A stretch of 64,000 bases of DNA from Eledone cirrhosa (taxonomy: Eukaryota): assembly GCA_964016885.1 (NCBI GenBank), contig OZ024744.1:126976001-127040000 (forward strand), written 5' to 3'. Of the stretch, positions 38,491-51,339 are shown in pieces; within the stretch, counting starts at the first letter, position 1; each line of letters begins with the position of its first letter. The notes below the pieces were generated by a model that saw only the letters and a program-made list of their open reading frames with translations, had not been told where the DNA came from and did no database searches. The translations under genes and the position numbers were made by a program.

Positions 38491-41400
38491 GGTAAGTTAA
38501 GTTGGGTGTAAGTTAAGTTGGGGTTATGTTAAGTTGGGGTTAAGTTAAGTTGGGGTTAAGTTAAGTTGAAGGTAAGTTAAGTTGGGGTTAAGTTGAGGGT
38601 AAGTTAAGTTGGGGTTAAGTTAAGTTGGGGGTAAGTTAAGTTGGGGGTAAGTTAAGTTGGGGTTAAGTTAAGTTGGGGTTAAATTAAGTTGAGGTTAAGT
38701 TAAGTTGGGGTTAAGTTAAATTGGGGTTAATTTAAGTTGGGGCTAAGTTAAGTTGGGGCTAAGTCAAGTTGGGGTTAAGTCAAGTTGAGGTTAACTTAAG
38801 TTGGGGTTATGTTAAGTTGGGGTTAAGTTGGGGCTAAGTTAAGTTGGGGCTGAGTTAAGTTGGGGTTAAGTTAAGTTGGGGTTGATTTAAGTTGGGATTA
38901 AGTTAAGTTGGGGTTAAGTTAAGTTCGGCTTGAGTTAAGTTGGGGTTAAGTTAAGTTGGGGTTAATTTAAGTTGGGGTTAAGTTAAGTTGGGGTTAAGAT
39001 AAGTTGGGGTTAAGTTAAGTTGGGGTTAAGTTAAGTTGGGGTTGAGTTAATTTGGGGTTAAGTTAAGTTGGGGTTAACTTAAGTTGGGGTTAAGTTGGGG
39101 TTAAGTTAAGTTGGGGTTAAGTTAAGTTGGGGTTAAGTTAAGTTGGGGGTAGCTTAAGTTGGGGGCAAGTTAAGTTGGGGTTAAGTTAAGTTGGGGTTAA
39201 GTTAAGTTGGGTTTAAGTTAAGTTGGGGCTGAGTTAAGTTGGGGTTAAGTTAAGTTGGGGTTGAGTTAAGTTGGGGTTGAGTTAAGTTAGGGTTGAGTTA
39301 AGTTGGGGTTGAGTTAAGTTGGGGTTGAGTTAAGTTGGGGTTAAGTTAAGTTGGGGTTAAGTTAAGTTGGGGTTAAGTTAAGTTGGGATTAAGTTAATTT
39401 GCGGTTAAGTTAGGTTGTGGGTTAAGTTAAGTTGGGGTTAAGTTAAGCTGGGGTTAAGTTGGGGTAAGTTAAGTTGGGGGTAAGTTAAGTTGGGGTTAAG
39501 TTAAGTTGGGGTTAAGTTAAGTTGGGGTTAAGTTAAGTTGGGGTTGAGTTAAGTTGGGATTGAGTTAAGTTGGGGTTAATTTAAGTTGGGGTTAAGTTAA
39601 GTTGGGGTTAAGTTAAGTTGGGGTTAAGTTAAGTTGGGGGTAAGTTAAGTTGGGGTTAAGTTAATTTGCGGTTAAGCTGGGGTTAAGTTGGGGTAAGTTA
39701 AGTTGGGGTTAAGTTAAGTTGGGGTTAAGTTAAGTTGGGGTTAAGTTAAGTTGGGGGTAAGTTAAGTTGGGGGCAATTTAAGTTGGGGTTAAGTTAAGTT
39801 GGGGTTAAGTTAAGTTGGGGTTAAGTTAAGTTGGGGTTAAGTTAAGTTGGGGTTAAGTTAAGTTAGGGTTAATTTCAGTTGGGGTTTTGTTAAGTTGGGG
39901 TTAAGTTAAGTTGGGGTTAAGTTAAAGTTGGGGTTAAGTTAAGTTGGGGTTAAGTTAAGTTAGGGTTAATTTCAGTTGGGGTTATGTTAAGTTGGGGTTA
40001 AGTTAAGTTGGGGTTAAGTTAAGTTGGGGGTAAGTTAAGTGGGGTGTAAGTTAAGTTGGGGTTAAGTTAAGTTGGGGTTCAGTTCAGTTGGGGTTAAGTT
40101 AAGTTGGGGTTAAGTTAAGCTGGGGGTAAGTTAAGTTGGGTATAAGTTAAGTTGGGGTTAAGTTAAGTTGGGGTTAAGTTAAGTTGGGGGTTAGTTAAGT
40201 TGGGGGCAAGTTAAGTTGGGGTTAATTTAAGTTGGGGTTAAGTTAAGTTGGGGTTATGTTAAGTTGGTGTTAAGTTAAGTTGGGGGTAAGTTAAGTTGAG
40301 GGTAAGTTAAGTTGGGGTTAAGTTAAGTTGGGGTTAAATTAAGTTGGGGGTAAGTTAAGTTGGGGGTAAGTTAAGTTGGGGTTAAGTTAAATTGGGGTTA
40401 ATTTAAGTTGGGGGTAAGATAAGTTGGGGCTAAGTTAAGTTGGGGCTAAGTCAAGTTGGGGTTAAGTCAAGTTGAGGTTAACTTAAGTTGGGGTTATGTT
40501 AAGTTGGGGTTAAGTTGGGGCTAAGTTAAGTTGGGGCTGAGTTAAGTTGGGGTTAAGTTAAGTTGGGGTTGAGTTAAGTTGGGGTTAAGTTAAGTTGGGA
40601 TTAAGTTAAGTTGGGGTTAAGTTAAGTTCGGCTTGAGTTAAGTTGGGGTTAAGTTAAGTTGGGGTTAATTTCAGTTGGGGTTAAGTTAAGTTGGGGTTGA
40701 GATAAGTTGGGTTAAGTTAAGTTGGGGTTGAGTTAATTTGGGGTTAAGTTAAGTTGGGGTTAACTTAAGTTGGGGTTAAGTTGGGGTTAAGTTAAGTTGG
40801 GGGTAGGTTAAGTTGGGGGCAAGTTAAGTTGGGGTTAAGTTAAGTTGGGGTTAAGTTAAGTTGGGGTTAAGTTAAGTTGGGTTTAAGTTAAGTTGGGGCT
40901 AAGTTAAGTTGGAGCTAAGTTAAGTTGGGGCTGAGTTAAGTTGGGGTTAAGTTAAGTTGGGGTTGAGTTAAGTTGGGGTTATGTTAAGTTAGGGTTGAGT
41001 TAAGTTGGGGTTGAGTTAAGTTGGGGTGAAGTTAAGTTGGCGTTAAGTTAAGTTGGGGTTAAGTTAAGTTGGGGTTAAGTTAATTTGCGGTTAAGTTAGG
41101 TTGTGGGTTAAGTTAAGTTGGGGTTAAGTTAAGCTGGGGTTAAGTTGGGGTAAGTTAAGTTGGGGTAAGTTAAGTTGGGGTTAAGTTAAGTTGGGGTTAA
41201 GTTAAGTTGGGGTTAAGTTAAGTTGGGGTTGAGTTAAGTTGGGGTTGAGTTAAGTTGGGGTTAAGTTAAGTTGGGGTTAAGTTAAGTTGGAGTTAAGTTA
41301 AGTTGGGGATAGCTTAAGTTGGGGGCAAGTTAAGTTGGGGTTAAGTTAAGTTGGGGTTAAGTTAAGTTGGGTTTAAGTTAAGTTGGGGCTAAGTTAAGTT

Positions 41401-44400
41401 GGGGCTAAGTTAAGTTGGGGCTGAGTTAAGTTGGGGTTAAGTTAAGTTGGGGTTGAGTTAAGTTGGGGTTATGTTAAGTTAGGGTTGAGTTAAGTTGGGG
41501 TTGAGTTAAGTTGGGGTTGAGTTAAGTTGGGGTTAAGTTAAGTTGGCGTTAAGTTAAGTTGGGGTTAAGTTAAGTTGGGGTTAATTAATTTGCGGTTAAG
41601 TTAGGTTGTGGGTTAAGTTAAGTTGGGGTTAATTTAAGCTGGGGTTAAGTTGGAGTAAGTTAAGTTGGGGGTAAGTTAAGTTGGGGTTAAGTTAAGTTGG
41701 GGTTAAGTTAAGTTGGGGTTAAGTTAAGTTGGGGTTAAGTTAAGCTGGGGGTAAGTTAAGTTGGGTGTAAGTTAAGTTGGAGTTAAGTTAAGTTGGGGTT
41801 AAGTTAAGTTGGGGGTTAGTTAAGTTGGGGGCAAGTTAAGTTGGGGTTAAGTTAAGTTGGGGTTCAGTTCAGTTGGGGTTAAGTTAAGTTGGGGTTAAGT
41901 TAAGCTGGGGGTAAGTTAAGTTGGGTGTAAGTTAAGTTGGGGTTATGTTAAGTTGGGGTTAAGTTAAGTTGGGGTTAAGTTAAGTTGAAGGTAAGTTAAG
42001 TTGGGGTTAAGTTGAGGGTAAGTTAAGTTGGGGTTAAGTTAAGTTGGGGGTAAGTTAAGTTGGGGGTAAGTTAAGTTGGGGTTAAGTTAAGTTGGGGTTA
42101 AATTAAGTTGAGGTTAAGTTAAGTTGGGGTTAAGTTAAATTGGGGTTAATTTAAGTTGGGGCTAAGTTAAGTTGGGGCTAAGTCAAGTTGGGGTTAAGTT
42201 AAGCTGGGGGTAAGTTAAGTTGGGTGTAAGTTAAGTTGGGGTTATGTTAAGTTGGGGTTAAGTTAAGTTGGGGTTAAGTTAAGTTGAAGGTAAGTTAAGT
42301 TGGGGTTAAGTTGAGGGTAAGTTAAGTTGGGGTTAAGTTAAGTTGGGGGTAAGTTAAGTTGGGGGTAAGTTAAGTTGGGGTTAAGTTAAGTTGGGGTTAA
42401 ATTAAGTTGAGGTTAAGTTAAGTTGGGGTTAAGTTAAATTGGGGTTAATTTAAGTTGGGGCTAAGTTAAGTTGGGGCTAAGTCAAGTTGGGGTTAAGTCA
42501 AGTTGAGGTTAACTTAAGTTGGGGTTATGTTAAGTTGGGGTTAAGTTGGGGCTAAGTTAAGTTGGGGCTGAGTTAAGTTGGGGTTAAGTTAAGTTGGGGT
42601 TGATTTAAGTTGGGATTAAGTTAAGTTGGGGTTAAGTTAAGTTCGGCTTGAGTTAAGTTGGGGTTAAGTTAAGTTGGGGTTAATTTAAGTTGGGGTTAAG
42701 TTAAGTTGGGGTTAAGATAAGTTGGGGTTAAGTTAAGTTGGGGTTAAGTTAAGTTGGGGTTGAGTTAATTTGGGGTTAAGTTAAGTTGGGGTTAACTTAA
42801 GTTGGGGTTAAGTTGGGGTTAAGTTAAGTTGGGGTTAAGTTAAGTTGGGGTTAAGTTAAGTTGGGGGTAGCTTAAGTTGGGGGCAAGTTAAGTTGGGGTT
42901 AAGTTAAGTTGGGGTTAAGTTAAGTTGGGTTTAAGTTAAGTTGGGGCTGAGTTAAGTTGGGGTTAAGTTAAGTTGGGGTTGAGTTAAGTTGGGGTTGAGT
43001 TAAGTTAGGGTTGAGTTAAGTTGGGGTTGAGTTAAGTTGGGGTTGAGTTAAGTTGGGGTTAAGTTAAGTTGGGGTTAAGTTAAGTTGGGGTTAAGTTAAG
43101 TTGGGATTAAGTTAATTTGCGGTTAAGTTAGGTTGTGGGTTAAGTTAAGTTGGGGTTAAGTTAAGCTGGGGTTAAGTTGGGGTAAGTTAAGTTGGGGGTA
43201 AGTTAAGTTGGGGTTAAGTTAAGTTGGGGTTAAGTTAAGTTGGGGTTAAGTTAAGTTGGGGTTGAGTTAAGTTGGGATTGAGTTAAGTTGGGGTTAATTT
43301 AAGTTGGGGTTAAGTTAAGTTGGGGTTAAGTTAAGTTGGGGTTAAGTTAAGTTGGGGGTAAGTTAAGTTGGGGTTAAGTTAATTTGCGGTTAAGCTGGGG
43401 TTAAGTTGGGGTAAGTTAAGTTGGGGTTAAGTTAAGTTGGGGTTAAGTTAAGTTGGGGTTAAGTTAAGTTGGGGGTAAGTTAAGTTGGGGGCAATTTAAG
43501 TTGGGGTTAAGTTAAGTTGGGGTTAAGTTAAGTTGGGGTTAAGTTAAGTTGGGGTTAAGTTAAGTTGGGGTTAAGTTAAGTTAGGGTTAATTTCAGTTGG
43601 GGTTTTGTTAAGTTGGGGTTAAGTTAAGTTGGGGTTAAGTTAAAGTTGGGGTTAAGTTAAGTTGGGGTTAAGTTAAGTTAGGGTTAATTTCAGTTGGGGT
43701 TATGTTAAGTTGGGGTTAAGTTAAGTTGGGGTTAAGTTAAGTTGGGGGTAAGTTAAGTGGGGTGTAAGTTAAGTTGGGGTTAAGTTAAGTTGGGGTTCAG
43801 TTCAGTTGGGGTTAAGTTAAGTTGGGGTTAAGTTAAGCTGGGGGTAAGTTAAGTTGGGTATAAGTTAAGTTGGGGTTAAGTTAAGTTGGGGTTAAGTTAA
43901 GTTGGGGGTTAGTTAAGTTGGGGGCAAGTTAAGTTGGGGTTAATTTAAGTTGGGGTTAAGTTAAGTTGGGGTTATGTTAAGTTGGTGTTAAGTTAAGTTG
44001 GGGGTAAGTTAAGTTGAGGGTAAGTTAAGTTGGGGTTAAGTTAAGTTGGGGTTAAATTAAGTTGGGGGTAAGTTAAGTTGGGGGTAAGTTAAGTTGGGGT
44101 TAAGTTAAATTGGGGTTAATTTAAGTTGGGGGTAAGATAAGTTGGGGCTAAGTTAAGTTGGGGCTAAGTCAAGTTGGGGTTAAGTCAAGTTGAGGTTAAC
44201 TTAAGTTGGGGTTATGTTAAGTTGGGGTTAAGTTGGGGCTAAGTTAAGTTGGGGCTGAGTTAAGTTGGGGTTAAGTTAAGTTGGGGTTGAGTTAAGTTGG
44301 GGTTAAGTTAAGTTGGGATTAAGTTAAGTTGGGGTTAAGTTAAGTTCGGCTTGAGTTAAGTTGGGGTTAAGTTAAGTTGGGGTTAATTTCAGTTGGGGTT

Positions 44401-45250
44401 AAGTTAAGTTGGGGTTGAGATAAGTTGGGTTAAGTTAAGTTGGGGTTGAGTTAATTTGGGGTTAAGTTAAGTTGGGGTTAACTTAAGTTGGGGTTAAGTT
44501 GGGGTTAAGTTAAGTTGGGGGTAGGTTAAGTTGGGGGCAAGTTAAGTTGGGGTTAAGTTAAGTTGGGGTTAAGTTAAGTTGGGGTTAAGTTAAGTTGGGT
44601 TTAAGTTAAGTTGGGGCTAAGTTAAGTTGGAGCTAAGTTAAGTTGGGGCTGAGTTAAGTTGGGGTTAAGTTAAGTTGGGGTTGAGTTAAGTTGGGGTTAT
44701 GTTAAGTTAGGGTTGAGTTAAGTTGGGGTTGAGTTAAGTTGGGGTGAAGTTAAGTTGGCGTTAAGTTAAGTTGGGGTTAAGTTAAGTTGGGGTTAAGTTA
44801 ATTTGCGGTTAAGTTAGGTTGTGGGTTAAGTTAAGTTGGGGTTAAGTTAAGCTGGGGTTAAGTTGGGGTAAGTTAAGTTGGGGTAAGTTAAGTTGGGGTT
44901 AAGTTAAGTTGGGGTTAAGTTAAGTTGGGGTTAAGTTAAGTTGGGGTTGAGTTAAGTTGGGGTTGAGTTAAGTTGGGGTTAAGTTAAGTTGGGGTTAAGT
45001 TAAGTTGGAGTTAAGTTAAGTTGGGGATAGCTTAAGTTGGGGGCAAGTTAAGTTGGGGTTAAGTTAAGTTGGGGTTAAGTTAAGTTGGGTTTAAGTTAAG
45101 TTGGGGCTAAGTTAAGTTGGGGCTAAGTTAAGTTGGGGCTGAGTTAAGTTGGGGTTAAGTTAAGTTGGGGTTGAGTTAAGTTGGGGTTATGTTAAGTTAG
45201 GGTTGAGTTAAGTTGGGGTTGAGTTAAGTTGGGGTTGAGTTAAGTTGGGG
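37590..45250 (+). repeat. Near-identical tandem duplication, period 3,718 bp, followed by a more diverged related copy at ~45400-48300
   Basis: Rare variants GGG-TATAAG at 40141 and 43859, and GA-GATAAGTTGGGTT at 40701 and 44419. TTCGGC has its C at 38926/42644 and 40629/44347. Confidence 0.88.
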
Positions 45251-48200
45251 TTAAGTTAAGTTGGGGTTAATTAATTTGCGGTTAAGTTAGGTTGTGGGTT
45301 AAGTTAAGTTGGGGTTAATTTAAGCTGGGGTTAAGTTGGAGTAAGTTAAGTTGGGGGTAAGTTAAGTTGGGGTTAAGTTAAGTTGGGGTTAAGTTAAGTT
45401 GGGGTTAAGTTAAGTTGGGGTTAAGTTAAGTTGGGGTTAAGTTAAGCTGGGGGTAAGTTAAGTTGGGTGTAAGTTAAGTTGGAGTTAAGTTAAGTTGGGG
45501 TTAAGTTAAGTTGGGGGTTAGTTAAGTTGGGGGCAAGTTAAGTTGGGGTTAAGTTAAGTTGGGGTTCAGTTCAGTTGGGGTTAAGTTAAGTTGGGGTTAA
45601 GTTAGGCTGGGGGTAAGTTAAGTTGGGTGTAAGTTAAGTTGGGGTTATGTTAAGTTGGGGTTAAGTTAAGTTGGGGTTAAGTTAAGTTGAAGGTAAGTTA
45701 AGTTGGGGTTAAGTTGAGGGTAAGTTAAGTTGGGGTTAAGTTAAGTTGGGGTTAATTTAAGTTGGGGCTAAGTTAAGTTGGGGCTAAGTCAAGTTGGGGT
45801 TAAGTCAAGTTGAGGTTAACTTAAGTTGGGGTTATGTTAAGTTGGGGTTAAGTTGGGGCTGAGTTAAGTTGGGGCTGAGTTAAGTTGGGGTTAAGTTAAG
45901 TTGGGGTTGATTTAAGTTGGGGTTAAGTTAAGTTGGGATTAAGTTACGTTGGGGTTAAGTTAAGTTCGGCTTGAGTTAAGTTGGGGTTAAGTTAAGTTGG
46001 GGTTAATTTAAGTTGGGGTTAAGTTAAGTTGGGGTTAAGATAAGTTGGGGTTAAGTTAAGTTGGGGTTAAGTTAAGTTGGGGTTGAGTTAATTTGGGGTT
46101 AAGTTAAGTTGGGGTTAACTTAAGTTGGGGTTAAGTTGGGGTTAAGTTAAGTTGGGGTTAAGTTAAGTTGGGGTTAAGTTAAGTTGGGGGTAGCTTAAGT
46201 TGGGGGCAAGTTAAGTTGGGGTTAAGTTAAGTTGGGGTTAAGTTAAGTTGGGTTTAAGTTAAGTTGGGGCTGAGTTAAGTTGGGGTTAAGTTAAGTTGGG
46301 GTTGAGTTAAGTTGGGGTTGAGTTAAGTTAGGGTTGAGTTAAGTTGGGGTTGAGTTAAGTTGGGGTTGAGTTAAGTTGGGGTTAAGTTAAGTTGGGGTTA
46401 AGTTAAGTTGGGGTTAAGTTAAGTTGGGGTTAAGTTAATTTGCGGTTAAGTTAGGTTGTGGGTTAAGTTAAGTTGGGGTTAAGTTAAGCTGGGGTTAAGT
46501 TGGGGTAAGTTAAGTTGGGGGTAAGTTAAGTTGGGGTTAAGTTAAGTTGGGGTTAAGTTAAGTTGGGGTTAAGTTAAGTTGGGGTTGAGTTAAGTTGGGA
46601 TTGAGTTAAGTTGGGGTTAATTTAAGTTGGGGTTAAGTTAAGTTGGGGTTAAGTTAAGTTGGGGTTAAGTTAAGTTGGGGGTAAGTTAAGTTGGGGTTAA
46701 GTTAATTTGCGGTTAAGCTGGGGTTAAGTTGGGGTAAGTTAAGTTGGGGTTAAGTTAAGTTGGGGTTAAGTTAAGTTGGGGTTAAGTTAAGTTGGGGGTA
46801 AGTTAAGTTGGGGGCAATTTAAGTTGGGGTTAAGTTAAGTTGGGGTTAAGTTAAGTTGGGGTTAAGTTAAGTTGGGGTTAAGTTAAGTTGGGGTTAAGTT
46901 AAGTTAGGGTTAATTTCAGTTGGGGTTTTGTTAAGTTGGGGTTAAGTTAAGTTGGGGTTAAGTTAAAGTTGGGGTTAAGTTAAGTTGGGGTTAAGTTAAG
47001 TTAGGGTTAATTTCAGTTGGGGTTATGTTAAGTTGGGGTTAAGTTAAGTTGGGGTTAAGTTAAGTTGGGGGTAAGTTAAGTGGGGTGTAAGTTAAGTTGG
47101 GGTTAAGTTAAGTTGGGGTTCAGTTCAGTTGGGGTTAAGTTAAGTTGGGGTTAAGTTAAGCTGGGGGTAAGTTAAGTTGGGTGTAAGTTAAGTTGGGGTT
47201 AAGTTAAGTTGGGGTTAAGTTAAGTTGGGGGTTAGTTAAGTTGGGGGCAAGTTAAGTTGGGGTTAATTTAAGTTGGGGTTAAGTTAAGTTGGGGTTATGT
47301 TAAGTTGGGGTTATGTTAAGTTGGGGTTAAGTTAAGTTGAGGGTAAGTTAAGTTGAGGGTAAGTTAAGTTGGGGTTAAGTTAAGTTGGGGTTAAATTAAG
47401 TTGGGGGTAAGTTAAGTTGGGGGTAAGTTAAGTTGGGGTTAAGTTAAGTTGGGGTTAAATTAAGTTGAGGTTAAGTTAAGTTGGGGTTAAGTTAAATTGG
47501 GGTTATGTTAAGTTGGGGTTAAGTTGGGGCTAAGTTAAGTTGGGGCTGAGTTAAGTTGGGGTTAAGTTAAGTTGGGGTTGAGTTAAGTTGGGGTTAAGTT
47601 AAGTTGGGATTAAGTTAAGTTGGGGTTAAGTTAAGTTCGGCTTGAGTTAAGTTGGGGTTAAGTTAAGTTGGGGTTAATTTCAGTTGGGGTTAAGTTAAGT
47701 TGGGGTTAAGATAAGTTGGGGTTAAGTTAAGTTGGGGTTAAGTTAAGTTGGGGTTGAGTTAATTTGGGGTTAAGTTAAGTTGGGGTTAACTTAAGTTGGG
47801 GTTAAGTTGGGGTTAAGTTAAGTTGGGGGTAGGTTAAGTTGGGGGCAAGTTAAGTTGGGGTTAAGTTAAGTTGGGGTTAAGTTAAGTTGGGTTTAAGTTA
47901 AGTTGGGGCTAAGTTAAGTTGGAGCTAAGTTAAGTTGGGGCTGAGTTAAGTTGGGGTTAAGTTAAGTTGGGGTTGAGTTAAGTTGGGGTGAAGTTAAGTT
48001 GGCGTTAAGTTAAGTTGGGGTTAAGTTAAGTTGGGGTTAAGTTAATTTGCGGTTAAGTTAGGTTGTGGGTTAAGTTAAGTTGGGGTTAAGTTAAGCTGGG
48101 GTTAAGTTGGGGTAAGTTAAGTTGGGGTAAGTTAAGTTGGGGTTAAGTTAAGTTGGGGTTAAGTTAAGTTGGGGTTGAGTTAAGTTGGGGTTGAGTTAAG

Positions 48201-51200
48201 TTGGGGTTGAGTTAAGTTGGGGTTAAGTTAAGTTGGGGATAGCTTAAGTTGGGGGCAAGTTAAGTTGGGGTTAATTAATTTGCGGTTAAGTTAGGTTGTG
48301 GGTTAAGTTAAGTTGGGGTTAATTTAAGCTGGGGTTAAGTTGGAGTAAGTTAAGTTGGGGGTAAGTTAAGTTGGGGTTAAGTTAAGTTGGGGTTAAGTTA
48401 AGTTGGGGTTAAGTTAAGTTGGGGTTAAGTTAAGTTGGGGTTGAGTTAAGTTGGGGTTGAGTTAAGTTGGGGTTAAGTTAAGTTGGGGTTAAGTTAAGTT
48501 GGGGTTAAGTTAAGTTGGGGTTAAGTTAATTTGCGGTTAAGTTAGGTTGTGGGTTAAGTTAAGTTGGGGTTAAGTTAAGCTGGGGTTAAGTTGGGGTAAG
48601 TTAAGTTGGGGTTAAGTTAAGTTGGGGTTAAGTTAAGTTGGGGTTACGTTAAGTTGGGGTTAAGTTAAGTTGGGGGTAAGTTAAGTTGGGGGCAAGTTAA
48701 GTTGGGGGCAAGTTAAGTTGGGGTTAAGTTAAGTTGGGGTTAAGTTAATTTGGGTTAAGTCAAGTTGGGGTTGAGTTAATTTGGGGTTAAGTTAAGTTGG
48801 GGTTAACTTAAGTTGGGGTTAAGTTGGGGTTAAGTTAAGTTGGGGTTAAGTTAAGTTGGGGGCAAGTTAAGTTAGGGTTAATTTCAGTTGGGGTTATGTT
48901 AAGTTGGGGTTAAGTTAAGTTGGGGTTAAGTTAAAGTTGGGGTTAAGTTAAGTTGGGGGTAAGTTAAGTTGGGGGCAAGTTAAGTTGGGGTTAAGTTAAG
49001 TTGGGGTTAAGTTAAGTTGGGGTTAAGTTAAGTTGGGGTTAAGTTAAGTTGGGGTTAAGTTAAGTTGGGGTTAAGTTAAGTTAGGGTTAATTTCAGTTGG
49101 GGTTATGTTAAGTTGGGGTTAAGTTAAGTTGGGGTTAAGTTAAAGTTGGGGTTAAGTTAAGTTGGGGTTAAGTTAAGTTAGGGTTAATTTCAGTTGGGGT
49201 TATGTTAAGTTGGGGTTAAGTTAAGTTGGGGTTAAGTTAAGTTGGGGGTAAGTTAAGTGGGGTGTAAGTTAAGTTGGGGTTCAGTTCAGTTGGGGTTAAG
49301 TTAAGTTGGGGTTAAGTTAAGCTGGGGGTAAGTTAAGTTGGGTGTAAGTTAAGTTGGGGTTAAGTTAAGTTGGGGTTAAGTTAAGTTGGGGGTTAGTTAA
49401 GTTGGGGGCAAGTTAAGTTGGGGTTAATTTAAGTTGGGGTTAAGTTAAGTTTGGGTTATGTTAAGTTGGGGTTAAGTTAAGTTGGGGGTAAGTTAAGTTG
49501 AGGCTAAGTTAAGTTGGGGTTAAGTTAAGTTGGGGTTAAATTAAGTTGGGGGTAAGTTAAGTTGGGGGTAAGTTAAGTTGGGGTTAAGTTAAGTTGGGGT
49601 TAAATTAAGTTGAGGTTAAGTTAAGTTGGGGTTAAGTTAAATTGGGGTTAATTTAAGTTGGGGGTAAGATAAGTTGGGGCTAAGTTAAGTTGGGGCTAAG
49701 TCAAGTTGGGGTTAAGTCAAGTTGAGGTTAACTTAAGTTGGGGTTATGTTAAGTTGGGGTTAAGTTGGGGCTAAGTTAAGTTGGGGCTGAGTTAAGTTGG
49801 GGTTAAGTTAAGTTGGGGTTGAGTTAAGTTGGGGTTAAGTTAAGTTGGGATTAAGTTAAGTTGGGGTTAAGTTAAGTTCGGCTTGAGTTAAGTTGGGGTT
49901 AAGTTAAGTTGGGGTTAATTTAAGTTGGGGTTAAGTTAAGTTGGGGTTAAGATAAGTTGGGGTTAAGTTAAGTTGGGGTTGAGTTAATTTGGGGTTAAGT
50001 TAAGTTGGGGTTAACTTAAGTTGGGGTTAAGTTGGGGTTAAGTTAAGTTGGGGTTAAGTTAAGTTGGGGGTAGGTTAAGTTGGGGGCAAGTTAAGTTGGG
50101 GTTAAGTTAAGTTGGGGTTAAGTTAAGTTGGGTTTAAGTTAAGTTGGGGCAAAGTTAATTTGGGGCTAAGTTAAGTTGGGGCTGAGTTAAGTTGGGGTTA
50201 AGTTAAGTTGGGGTTGAGTTAAGTTGGGGTTGAGTTAAGTTGGGGTTGAGTTAAGTTGGGGTTGAGTTAAGTTGGGGTTGAGTTAAGTTGGGGTTAAGTT
50301 AAGTTGGGGTTAAGTTAATTTGCGGTTAAGTTAGGTTGTGGGTTAAGTTAAGTTGGGGTTAAGTTAAGCTGGGGTTAAGTTGGGGTAAGTTAAGTTGGGG
50401 TTAAGTTAAGTTGGGGTTAATTTAAGTTGGGGGTAAGTTAAGTTGGGGGCAATTTAAGTTGAGGTTAAGTTAAGTTGGGGTTAAGTTAAGTTGGGGTTAA
50501 GTTAAGTTGGGGTTAAGTTAAGTTAGGGTTAATTTCAGTTGGGGTTTTGTTAAGTTGGGGTTAAGTTAAGTTGGGGTTAAGTTAAGTTGGGGTTAAGTTA
50601 AAGTTGGGGTTAAGTTAAGTTGGGGTTAAGTTAAGTTAGGGGTAATTTCAGTTGGGGTTATGTTAAGTTGGGGTTAAGTTAAGTTGGGGTTAAGTTAAGT
50701 TGGGGGTAAGTTAAGTGGGGTGTGAGTTAAGTTGGGGTTAAGTTAAGTTGGGGTTCAGTTCAGTTGGGGTTAAGTTAAGTTGGGGTTAAGTTAAGCTGGG
50801 GGTAAGTTAAGTTGGGTGTAAGTTAAGTTGGGGTTAAGTTAAGTTGGGGTTAAGTTAAGTTGGGGGTTAGTTAAGTTGGGGGCAAGTTAAGTTGGGGTTA
50901 ATTTAAGTTGGGGTTAAGTTAAGTTGGGGTTATGTTAAGTTGGGGTTAAGTTAAGTTGGGGGTAAGTTAAGTTGAGGGTAAGTTAAGTTGGGGTTAAGTT
51001 AAGTTGGGGTTAAATTAAGTTGGGGGTAAGTTAAGTTGGGGGTAAGTTAAGTTGGGGTTAAGTTAAGTTGGGGTTAAATTAAGTTGAGGTTAAGTTAAGT
51101 TGGGGTTAAGTTAAATTGGGGTTAATTTAAGTTGGGGGTAAGATAAGTTGGGGCTAAGTTAAGTTGGGGCTGAGTTAAGTTGGGGTTAAGTTAAGTTGGG

Positions 51201-51339
51201 GTTGAGTTAAGTTGGGGTTATGTTAAGTTAGGGTTGAGTTAAGTTGGGGTTGAGTTAAGTTGGGGTTGAGTTAAGTTGGGGTTAAGTTAAGTTGGCGTTA
51301 AGTTAAGTTGGGGTTAAGTTAAGTTGGGGTTAATTAATT

